From assembly GCA_043749955.1 (NCBI GenBank), contig JAYVCM010000134.1, forward strand, positions 1-37,403: a DNA stretch of 37,403 nt, read 5' to 3'. The DNA is from Limisphaerales bacterium. Its GTDB lineage: Bacteria; Verrucomicrobiota; Verrucomicrobiia; Limisphaerales; UBA11358. The first letter of the stretch is position 1. Each line of letters opens with the position of its first letter. The position numbers and the translations under genes are program-made. Shown here piece after piece: positions 15,988-22,618 of this stretch. Under the pieces are notes generated by a model that worked only from the letters and a program-made list of their open reading frames with translations, did no database searches and had not been told where the DNA came from.

Positions 15988-17169
15988 CTAGCTGCGAAGC
16001 TTGAATTCGGCTATTAACTCAGGTCGCCGAGCAAGAAGACGCTCCAAATGACTGTTAGCCCACATTTCGATTCTCATCGCGTCAGAGCTTTGATTGTGCT
16101 TTTCGATCCAGTCAATCGCGTCTGTTGTAAATCGTCCCGTCGTAACGACGATCAACTCGTCAACTCTGGGCGAATTCCAAAGCCTCATCTGAACCTGAAG
16201 TTCAGAAACGACTTTCAAATTTACTTTATCGGTGTGCTTGCACGCTAATATCACCCTCTGCTTTCGGCTTCCCGCCAGCGCATCTTGAAGAATGCGCTCC
16301 ACGGACAAATCCCTGCCCCGATCTGCTGCGTTTGTGTGAGTGAGCCATTGTGGGTTCTCGTATCCTTTAGTTTGATCAATCAGATTGAAAACCAATCTTT
16401 CAAAATCTTCAGGTGACAGTGCTTCCCAATTCAACTCTGTGGCCACTTGGCCTTGGGGTTTTGAACTGACCAGTTCTCCTAAATCTTTTGCAGTGACAGG
16501 AATCGGGTCAGACTCGGCATATAATGCGCGATCAAGCCATTGGCGAATATTCGGCCAGTCGTGAGACACGATGTCGTCATAGTCACCTCTCTGGCCAAAG
16601 GACAAATGCCTTGCCATGTCGCTCCATCGTTCAGGACGGCCAAGGCTTTTTCCGAGCAGCGCGTCAATGCTCTTGAATAAGGAAGTAAGTTCTGGCCACT
16701 TGGTTTTTGCCAATAGGATATTTGTTTTCTGTTTCTTCGCAGGTGACCGTAGTTCCTCAAGCATTAGTTCGATTCGCTTACATAGATCCTGAACTGCCTG
16801 ACGTGCGAGTTCGCGCCGTTTAGACTCAACTCGAAAGCGGTAGTCGCTGAGCACCTCGCCTTGATAATGGATTTGCGTGTCAAGTGCGACACGATCAGTA
16901 AACTCTCCGACCTCCAAAGTGTCTATTTTACTGCGGAAAATGTCATCAGGGTGTTCAAGGCAGATTTTTAATTCGAAACCGTCAATTGCTGGCATCTGTT
17001 TTGCAATCTGCTCAAATGAACGCTGCATCTGATAGTATTGCTCCTCGTCGCCAACTTGCACTTCGTCAATAGATGGCAGCAGTTTTTCTATCTGTTTCCA
17101 GAGATTATCGAGTTTGCCCAAGTTTGCCTCGACTGCCTCGAATTGTTTTAATGCTTCGTTTAGATCCAT
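15988..17169 (-). CDS. Restriction-endonuclease-like (Mrr-cat type, PD-(D/E)xK) protein with an uncharacterised helical N-terminal half of about 240 aa
   Basis: C-terminal region FERLVFNLIDQTKGYENPQWL...AADRGRDLSVERI...RVILACKH...ELIVVTTGRFTTDAIDWIEKH follows the Mrr catalytic-domain pattern (FE.L...L...GY, D-G-x-D, hydrophobic-x-x-K, vvTt..Ft..A). Markedly low GC: 38-43% in counted lines versus about 68% in murA. Confidence 0.7.
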   Translation of the reverse strand: MDLNEALKQFEAVEANLGKLDNLWKQIEKLLPSIDEVQVGDEEQYYQMQRSFEQIAKQMPAIDGFELKICLEHPDDIFRSKIDTLEVGEFTDRVALDTQIHYQGEVLSDYRFRVESKRRELARQAVQDLCKRIELMLEELRSPAKKQKTNILLAKTKWPELTSLFKSIDALLGKSLGRPERWSDMARHLSFGQRGDYDDIVSHDWPNIRQWLDRALYAESDPIPVTAKDLGELVSSKPQGQVATELNWEALSPEDFERLVFNLIDQTKGYENPQWLTHTNAADRGRDLSVERILQDALAGSRKQRVILACKHTDKVNLKVVSELQVQMRLWNSPRVDELIVVTTGRFTTDAIDWIEKHNQSSDAMRIEMWANSHLERLLARRPELIAEFKLRS

Positions 17170-17181
17170 AGCCCAAAGAAT

Positions 17182-18444
17182 TCATTTTTCCTCCACCCGC
17201 TGAATCCGCGCGCCGAGCTTTTTCAATTTCTCATCCATCTGTTCGTAGCCGCGATCCAGATGGTAAATGCGGTTCACCTGCGTCGAACCTTTCGCCGCGA
17301 GACCCGCGATGACCAGCGCCGCCGACGCCCGCAGATCGCTCGCCATCACCGGCGCACCGCTCAATGGTTTGCCGCCCTTCACAATCGCGCTCGGCCCCTC
17401 GATCTCGATGTCCGCGCCGAGCCGCGCCAGTTCGCTGACGTGCATGAAACGCGATTCAAAAATCCGCTCCGTGATGATGCTGATGCCCTTCGCCAGCACG
17501 AGCAGCGACATCATCTGCGCCTGCACGTCCGTCGGAAAACCGGAATACGGCAGCGTCGTGATGTCCGCCGGTTTTAATTTTCCTTTTCGTCGCGCAGTCA
17601 GATTCGCGCCACTGCGTTCAACGGAAACTCCCGCCTCATTTAATTTATCAATCACCGCGCGCAAATGATCGGCACGCGCGCCTTTGAGCGTCACCTCGCC
17701 GTTCGTCGCGCCGGCGGCGATCAAGAAAGTCGCCGCCTCGATGCGGTCGGGAATCACCTCGTGCTCCGCGCCGTGCAATTTTTCCACGCCCGTGACTGTG
17801 ATCGTGGGGCTGCCCGCGCCGGAAATCTGCGCGCCCATCGCGCAGAGAAAATTGGCGAGGTCAACCACTTCCGGCTCGCACGCCGCGCTTTCGATGATCG
17901 TCACGCCGTCGGCCAGCGCCGCCGCCATCATCACGTTGGCAGTGCCCAGCACCGTCGAACCGGAGCGCCCGCCGAGGAACATCGTCGCGCCGTTCATTTT
18001 TTTTGTCGTCGCGTCAATGTAACCGCCCTCGATTTTTATTTTAGCGCCGAGCGCCGCAAAACCCTTCAGGTGAAGATTGATTGGGCGCGCGCCGATGATA
18101 CAACCGCCGGGCAGGGAAATCCGCGCCTTCCGCAAGCGCGCCAGCAGCGGTCCCGCGATGCAGATCGAGCCGCGCATTTTACGGACGAGTTCGTAGTCCG
18201 CGTAGCCTTTGATTTTTTTGGCATGAACCGTCAGCGTGCCGTCCTCGTATTTGGCCGTCGCGCCGAGCGACTCCAAAATTTTCACCATGAACCGCGTGTC
18301 GCTCAAGTCCGGCACGCGGCGGATGACGCACGGCTCGTCCGTAAGCAGCGTCGCGGCCATGATGGGGAGCGCGGCATTCTTGCTGCCGCTGATGGTGACT
18401 TCGCCGTGCAACGGCACGCCGCCTTTGATCAAAAAACTGTCCAT
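17182..18444 (-). CDS. murA: UDP-N-acetylglucosamine 1-carboxyvinyltransferase
   Basis: MDSFLIKGGVPLHGEVTISGSKNAALPIMAATLL... is typical MurA throughout, including the catalytic-Cys loop LPGGCIIGARPINLHL. The ATG at 18444 fits the family N-terminus. The 24-aa upstream extension in the track reads through a repeat. Confidence 0.95.
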   Translation of the reverse strand: MDSFLIKGGVPLHGEVTISGSKNAALPIMAATLLTDEPCVIRRVPDLSDTRFMVKILESLGATAKYEDGTLTVHAKKIKGYADYELVRKMRGSICIAGPLLARLRKARISLPGGCIIGARPINLHLKGFAALGAKIKIEGGYIDATTKKMNGATMFLGGRSGSTVLGTANVMMAAALADGVTIIESAACEPEVVDLANFLCAMGAQISGAGSPTITVTGVEKLHGAEHEVIPDRIEAATFLIAAGATNGEVTLKGARADHLRAVIDKLNEAGVSVERSGANLTARRKGKLKPADITTLPYSGFPTDVQAQMMSLLVLAKGISIITERIFESRFMHVSELARLGADIEIEGPSAIVKGGKPLSGAPVMASDLRASAALVIAGLAAKGSTQVNRIYHLDRGYEQMDEKLKKLGARIQRVEEK

Positions 18445-18453
18445 AAAAAAACT

Positions 18454-18546
18454 GGATGGGTGGATGAATGGATAAGTGGATGGTTGGATGGAGGAGCGTC
18501 CGCGCGCGAAACCCATTTATCCAACAATCCAACAATCCACAAATCC
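18454..18546. repeat. Tandem-arm hairpin (NNNTGGAT units / ATCCANNN units) between prmC and murA
   Basis: Left arm GGATGGGTGGATGAATGGATAAGTGGATGGTTGGATGG (18454..18491). Spacer of about 21 nt. Right arm CCATTTATCCAACAATCCAACAATCCACAAATCC (18513..18546). Arms are imperfectly complementary. Confidence 0.7.
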
Positions 18547-18549
18547 TGA

Positions 18550-19470
18550 TTATTTGCCGCTCGTTCGCGCGATTATGATTCTGGCGCGGTGAGAGTAGTC
18601 CTCCCGCACGGCTTCGACAACCCACTTTTCACTTTCAAAGATTTTTTTTATGGCGTCCGCCTGGCCGTCGCCGAATTCCACCATGATTTTTCCGTCCGGC
18701 TTGAGGAATGTTTTGGCCTCCGCCGCGAGCTTTCGGTAAAAATCCAGACCGTCCGCCCCGCCATCCAGCGCCAGCCGCGGGTCAAAGTCTCGGACTTCGG
18801 GATCCAGCGTGGCGATCTCGGCGGAGGGAATGTAGGGCGGGTTGCTGACGATCAAATCAAAGCGTAGTGGCACAGGCATCTTGCCTGTGAGTTCATTCTT
18901 TGAAACACACAGGCTAGAAGCCTGTGCCACTACCGGCAACGCCGCAAAACCATCGCCGGCTAAAAATTCAATTCTCTCCCCGACGTTGTTTCGCTCGGCG
19001 TTTTCTTTCGCCAGCGCCAGGGCTTCCGTGGAAATGTCCGTGGCAAAAATCTTTGCCTGCGGACATTTCGCCGCGATGGCAATGGCGATGCAGCCGCTGC
19101 CGGTGCAGAAGTCCAGGCAAGTTGAGAGTTGAGAGTTGAGAGTGGAGAGAAACTGCCAGCCAAGCTCCGCAAGCAATTCTGTTTCTGGACGCGGAACAAG
19201 CACTTGGCGGCTCACAGCAATTTCAAATCCGCAAAACGAGGTGGAGCCAATGATGTGCTGGAGCGGTTCGCGCAGGCCGCGCCGCTTGACGAGTTCACGC
19301 AGCCCGTCCGTTTCCGCCGCCGTCAGCGCGCGGTCGAAGTTCAGATACAATTTCATGCGCGGCATCTTGAGCAGGTGCGCAAGGAGCAGCTCCGTTTGGA
19401 GGCGCGGCGACTCGACATTTTTCTTGCCGAGAAAATCGGTGCTTTTCTGAATCGCTTCGAGGACGGTCAT
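18550..19470 (-). CDS. prmC: Release-factor glutamine N5-methyltransferase (HemK/PrmC), carrying two in-frame repeat insertions
   Basis: MTVLEAIQKSTDFLGKKNVESPRLQTELLLAHLL... is the HemK N-domain. SAM motif LDFCTGSGCIAIAIA. NPPY motif DLIVSNPPYIPS. The ATG at 19470 overlaps the stop of the upstream ORF6N gene (ATGA). The 110-aa upstream extension in the track is not credible. Confidence 0.92.
   Translation of the reverse strand: MTVLEAIQKSTDFLGKKNVESPRLQTELLLAHLLKMPRMKLYLNFDRALTAAETDGLRELVKRRGLREPLQHIIGSTSFCGFEIAVSRQVLVPRPETELLAELGWQFLSTLNSQLSTCLDFCTGSGCIAIAIAAKCPQAKIFATDISTEALALAKENAERNNVGERIEFLAGDGFAALPVVAQASSLCVSKNELTGKMPVPLRFDLIVSNPPYIPSAEIATLDPEVRDFDPRLALDGGADGLDFYRKLAAEAKTFLKPDGKIMVEFGDGQADAIKKIFESEKWVVEAVREDYSHRARIIIARTSGK
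18864..18933. repeat. Family G palindromic element (GTAGTGGCACAGGC ... GCCTGTGCCACTAC) inside prmC
   Basis: 70-nt element with 13-nt terminal inverted repeats and two internal hairpins (CACAGGC-N5-GCCTGTG). Second copy at 33771..33855 in fabD. Translated as VVAQASSLCVSKNELTGKMPVPL. Confidence 0.85.
19120..19147. repeat. Solo arm of the AGTTGAG/CTCAACT heptamer family inside prmC
   Basis: AGTTGAG x3 plus AGTGGAG in tandem on the + strand. No complementary arm nearby. Read on the coding (minus) strand as LSTLNSQLST. Confidence 0.8.
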
Positions 19471-20015
19471 TTCGTTTTTGCCTTCGGCGGGTCGTCCTCG
19501 TATTTGACATGGAAGCCCATTTCGCGGCGTTTGGGTTCGGGCGGCGTCATGAGCTGACGGATGGCATCGAAGACGAGCTTGAACTGCGCGTCGTATTTTT
19601 TCTCCAGCGCGGCGAACTGGCGGGAAAGTTCGGCGCTGGTGGCGAGCAACTGGCGCAGCCGCACGAAGGCGCGGACGACCTGCACGCTCGTCAGCGCGGC
19701 GCGTTCGCTGTTCAGGACGTTCGCGAGCATCAGCGCACCGTGTTCGGTGAAGGCAAAGGGGAGATGCGGCGAAAATTTCAGGCGCACGAGGTGGTCGCAA
19801 TTTGCGACCACCTGTGTTTTCTCCGCTTCCGACAATTGAAACGTGAAATCTGGCGGAAAGCGGCTGGCGTTGCGTTTGACCTGCTCATTCAGGCGTTTGG
19901 TCGTCACGCCGTAAAGCTCCGCCAAATCCGCGTCGAGCATCACCTTCTCGCCGCGAATCAAAAGTATGCTCCGCTCGATGAGTTCAAGTGGAACAAGTGC
20001 GCCCGGCTGGTTCAT
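19467..20015 (-). CDS. ORF6N (KilA-N-like) domain DNA-binding protein
   Basis: MNQPGALVPLELIERSILLIRGEKVMLDADLAELYGVTTKRLNEQVKRNASRFPPDFTFQL...LPFAFTEHGALMLANVLNSERA matches my recollection of the ORF6N pattern. The ATG at 20015 fits the family N-terminus. Its stop overlaps the prmC start. Confidence 0.85.
   Translation of the reverse strand: MNQPGALVPLELIERSILLIRGEKVMLDADLAELYGVTTKRLNEQVKRNASRFPPDFTFQLSEAEKTQVVANCDHLVRLKFSPHLPFAFTEHGALMLANVLNSERAALTSVQVVRAFVRLRQLLATSAELSRQFAALEKKYDAQFKLVFDAIRQLMTPPEPKRREMGFHVKYEDDPPKAKTK
19789..19813. promoter_or_regulatory. 25-nt perfect palindrome AGGTGGTCGCAA-T-TTGCGACCACCT inside the ORF6N CDS
   Basis: Verified base by base. Shares the 17-nt core GGTCGCAATTTGCGACC with the palindrome at 20100..20124. 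Function is unknown; an operator-like role is inferred. Confidence 0.5.
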
Positions 20016-20064
20016 GCGATGAAATTGCCAAATACCATCGTGGATTGCGAACTGCTTTTTAGGC

Positions 20065-20091
20065 GAACCGGTCACAATCTGTGACCGGTTC
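20065..20091. promoter_or_regulatory. 27-nt palindrome GAACCGGTCACA-ATC-TGTGACCGGTTC upstream of ORF6N
   Basis: Perfect 12-bp arms. Lies in the 110-bp spacer between the deacetylase stop and the ORF6N start. No U-run follows, so it is not a classical terminator. Confidence 0.5.
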
Positions 20092-20099
20092 AATTTCGT

Positions 20100-20124
20100 T
20101 TGAGGTCGCAATTTGCGACCTCAA
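20100..20124. promoter_or_regulatory. 25-nt perfect palindrome TTGAGGTCGCAA-T-TTGCGACCTCAA upstream of ORF6N
   Basis: Perfect 12-bp arms. Starts 2 nt from the deacetylase stop codon. The core is identical to the intragenic palindrome at 19789..19813. Confidence 0.5.
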
Positions 20125-20125
20125 G

Positions 20126-21037
20126 TCACTTCCCCGCCACGCCTTTGAGATACGCAAAAATCAGTTCCGGCAGATCGCGGCTGTAACCCCCTTCCAGCAG
20201 GCTGAACATCGGCACGTTCAGTTGGCGCAGGGAATGGCCGAGCCAGTGGAAATCTTCCGCGAGCAGCGGCGCGTCCGCCAGCGGGTCGCGCGCGTAGGCG
20301 TCGAACCCGGCGGACACGGCGATGAGGTCGGGCCGGAAATGTTTCAGGTCGCCCAGCGCGTGCGTGAGCGCGGCGCGATACGTCTCGCGCGAGGCGGCGG
20401 GCGCGACGGGATAATTGAAACAGTTGCGCCCCCGGCTCGTCCCGCCGGTGTTGGGATACATGGGATATTGGTGGATGGAAAAAAATTCGAGGCCGGGCCG
20501 GTTCAGCAAGATGTCTTCCGTGCCATTGCCGTGATGAACGTCAAAATCAAAAACGGCGACGCGTTTGAATCCGGCACCCCTCACCCCGGCCCTCTCCCCT
20601 CCGAGGGGAGAGGGAGAAGCATCGGCGACAGCTTCCAGCGCGGCGATGGCGACGTTGTTGAGATAGCAGAAGCCCATGGAGCGTTCGCGCGTGGCGTGAT
20701 GGCCGGGCGGGCGCATGAGGCTGAAAACATTTTTGCCAGCGCGCGCCAGCTCCAAAGCATCCAGCGCGGCGGCGACGGAAGCGCGGGCATTCTTTGCGAT
20801 GCCCGCAAAGAACGGCGTGTCGGCGTCAAAATCTTCCGGCACATCAAGGCGCTTCAGCATTTCCGGCGTGTGGGCGCGGAGGATTTGTTCGTCGGTCACG
20901 CTCGTTGGTGCCAGCCATGTGAGTTCCAGCTCCGTCTGTTTTTTCAAAAGCTCCACCGTGGAGGTGATGCGTTGCGGGCGTTCGGGATGGCCGGCGCGCG
21001 CGTAGCCGGTGCAATGTTCGTCAGTGATGATGGTCAC
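20126..21037 (-). CDS. Histone deacetylase / acetoin-utilisation (AcuC) / acetylpolyamine amidohydrolase family protein
   Basis: GHPERPQR, RPPGHHA, GFCYLNNVAIAA, FDFDVHHGNGTE and LEGGY motifs. GTG start at 21037. Contains a 45-nt family I repeat in frame. Confidence 0.9.
   Translation of the reverse strand: MTIITDEHCTGYARAGHPERPQRITSTVELLKKQTELELTWLAPTSVTDEQILRAHTPEMLKRLDVPEDFDADTPFFAGIAKNARASVAAALDALELARAGKNVFSLMRPPGHHATRERSMGFCYLNNVAIAALEAVADASPSPLGGERAGVRGAGFKRVAVFDFDVHHGNGTEDILLNRPGLEFFSIHQYPMYPNTGGTSRGRNCFNYPVAPAASRETYRAALTHALGDLKHFRPDLIAVSAGFDAYARDPLADAPLLAEDFHWLGHSLRQLNVPMFSLLEGGYSRDLPELIFAYLKGVAGK
20575..20619. repeat. Family I hairpin repeat inside the deacetylase CDS
   Basis: CACCCCTCACCCCGGCCCTCTCCCCTCCGAGGGGAGAGGGAGAAG is 45 nt (15 codons). 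10-bp stem CCCTCTCCCC/GGGGAGAGGG. Translated on the minus strand as SPSPLGGERAGVRG. Confidence 0.8.
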
Positions 21038-21122
21038 GGATTTACGATATACGATATGCGATTTACGCGCCGCTCGAAAAATTCAGGTGGACTCGTATAT
21101 CGCAAATCGCAAATCGTAAATA
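21038..21122. repeat. Tandem-arm hairpin (ATTTACGAT/ATACGAT units) in the divergent promoter region
   Basis: Left arm GGATTTACGATATACGATATGCGATTTACG (21038..21067). 26-nt spacer. Right arm CGTATATCGCAAATCGCAAATCGTAAATA (21094..21122). By hand alignment 24 of 28 positions pair. Confidence 0.7.
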
Positions 21123-21179
21123 TTGAGTTTTGCAATCACGCGGCGCTCCTTTAAGCTGAAACGCATTAAGGAAAAAATT

Positions 21180-22271
21180 ATGAAATCAAAATTATTCACA
21201 ATTGTCGTCGCGTCCGGCGCGCTGGCTTTCCAGGCGTCGGCGTGGGATTACGAGGGTCATCACGCGGTCAATGAACTCGCGCTGGCGGCGCTGCCGGCAA
21301 ATTTTCCCGCGTTTGTGCTGACGCCGGAGGCGCGCGACCGCATCGCGTTTCTCGCGGGCGAGGCCGACCGCTGGCGCAACATCACCGATGTGAAGACCGG
21401 GCGCGGCCTGGAACTGGGCCACTGCAGCGGCCCGGATCATTATCTCGACCTTGAAGAGATCAAGGAATACGACCTCACGCCTGCCACGCTGTCGCCGTTC
21501 CGGTATGTGTTCGCCGCCGCCATCACCAAGGCGCGCCTGGAACATCCCGAACGTTTTCCCGCGATTGACCCCGCGAAAAATTCCGACCACACGCGCGAGC
21601 TTTCCGGTTTTCTGCCGTGGGCGATCAATGAAAATTTCCAGAAGCTGCAGTCCGGCTTCAGCACGCTGGCCGCGCTCCAAAAAACGGGCGGCACGCCGTC
21701 GGAAATCGCCAATGCCCAGCAGGACATCGTCTATGTCATGGGCGTGATGGGGCATTTTGTGGGCGACGCCAGCCAGCCGCTGCACGCCACCAGATACCAT
21801 CACGGCTGGACGACCAACGACAATCCGAACCATTACTCGACCTCGTTTGGAATCCACGCGTGGATTGACGGCGGATTTTTCAAGAAGACCGGCGGCCTGG
21901 ACGTGAAAAAACTTTCCGCGCACATCCATGGCGCGCAGGAAATCCCCGGAGCCATTTCGTCCGACGGAATTTTCGCGGAGGCGGTGGCGTTCGTCGTGGC
22001 CGCAAACCAGCTCGTGGAGCCGCTCTACATTCTGGACCGCGACGGCAAGCTGTCGAACAAGGGTGACAAAGGCGCGGAAGGGCGCGCATTTCTGGAGGCG
22101 CAGCTCGTGAAGAGCGGGCAACTGCTCGGCGACATCTGGTTCACCGCCTGGGCGACCGCGCCGGAAGACACCTATCTGGAAAAAACGCTGCAAGATCGCG
22201 CCGCCGCCGCCGCGACCAACGCCCCGCCCCCCGCCGCACCGCTGCCGCCGGCAAACCTGCACGCGCCATGA
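21180..22271 (+). CDS. S1/P1-family zinc nuclease (secreted)
   Basis: ATG at 21180 after AAGGAAAAAA. Signal peptide MKSKLFTIVVASGALAFQASA, then WDYEGHHAV. MGHFVGDASQPLHA matches the S1/P1 H..GD..QPLH motif. Confidence 0.8.
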   Translation: MKSKLFTIVVASGALAFQASAWDYEGHHAVNELALAALPANFPAFVLTPEARDRIAFLAGEADRWRNITDVKTGRGLELGHCSGPDHYLDLEEIKEYDLTPATLSPFRYVFAAAITKARLEHPERFPAIDPAKNSDHTRELSGFLPWAINENFQKLQSGFSTLAALQKTGGTPSEIANAQQDIVYVMGVMGHFVGDASQPLHATRYHHGWTTNDNPNHYSTSFGIHAWIDGGFFKKTGGLDVKKLSAHIHGAQEIPGAISSDGIFAEAVAFVVAANQLVEPLYILDRDGKLSNKGDKGAEGRAFLEAQLVKSGQLLGDIWFTAWATAPEDTYLEKTLQDRAAAAATNAPPPAAPLPPANLHAP

Positions 22272-22618
22272 TGTTCACGCGCATTGCCGCCGCGCTGGGT
22301 TTGCTGGCGGTCGTGCTCGGCGCGTTCGGCGCGCACGCGCTGAAAGACCTGCTCGCGCAAAACGGCACCGCCGCGATTTGGGACAAGGCGGTGTTCTATC
22401 ATTTCATCCACACGGTGATGCTCTTCATTTTGGCGGAACGAAAAACTTTTCCCGCCGTCGCGTGGTGGAGTTTTCTGGCGGGGATACTGATTTTCTCCGG
22501 CTCGCTTTATTTGCTGGCCGTCACGAACGCGCGCTGGCTGGGTGCGGTCACGCCGGTGGGAGGCATTGCATTTTTGCTCGGCTGGGCGTGGCTCGCGTTC
22601 AAGCCGGCGCGCCCGTAG
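22268..22618 (+). CDS. DUF423 (YgdD/TMEM256-like) small membrane protein
   Basis: MMFTRIAAALGLLAVVLGAFGAHALK...AVFYHFIHTVML with 3-4 TM helices. ATGA overlap with the upstream nuclease gene. Confidence 0.8.
   Translation: MMFTRIAAALGLLAVVLGAFGAHALKDLLAQNGTAAIWDKAVFYHFIHTVMLFILAERKTFPAVAWWSFLAGILIFSGSLYLLAVTNARWLGAVTPVGGIAFLLGWAWLAFKPARP

Noticed and set aside
18445-18516. N-terminal extensions of track ORFs: murA to 18516, prmC to 19800, ORF6N to 20111, membrane protein to 25903, xerD-like to 32222, fabD from 32649, response regulator from 3484, and others.
   Set aside because: The extensions read through repeat elements or neighbouring genes and lack family similarity. Internal ATGs reproduce the canonical family N-termini.
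15988-19470. prmC (NPPY methyltransferase) plus the Mrr-like nuclease as a restriction-modification pair.
   Set aside because: The methyltransferase has the full HemK/PrmC N-terminal domain and the protein-glutamine MTase architecture. It has host-like GC and is separated from the nuclease by murA. Only the nuclease is compositionally foreign.
20065-20124. The two leader palindromes as simple Rho-independent terminators of the deacetylase gene.
   Set aside because: Neither is followed by a U-run on the minus strand. In addition, the core of one recurs inside the downstream CDS, which a terminator role does not explain. A terminator contribution cannot be fully excluded.
22599-22618. The 20-nt convergent overlap of pilT and the DUF423 gene as a regulatory feature.
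   Set aside because: Short 3' overlaps of convergent genes are common. The pilT tail is low-complexity, and its true stop may be functionally irrelevant.
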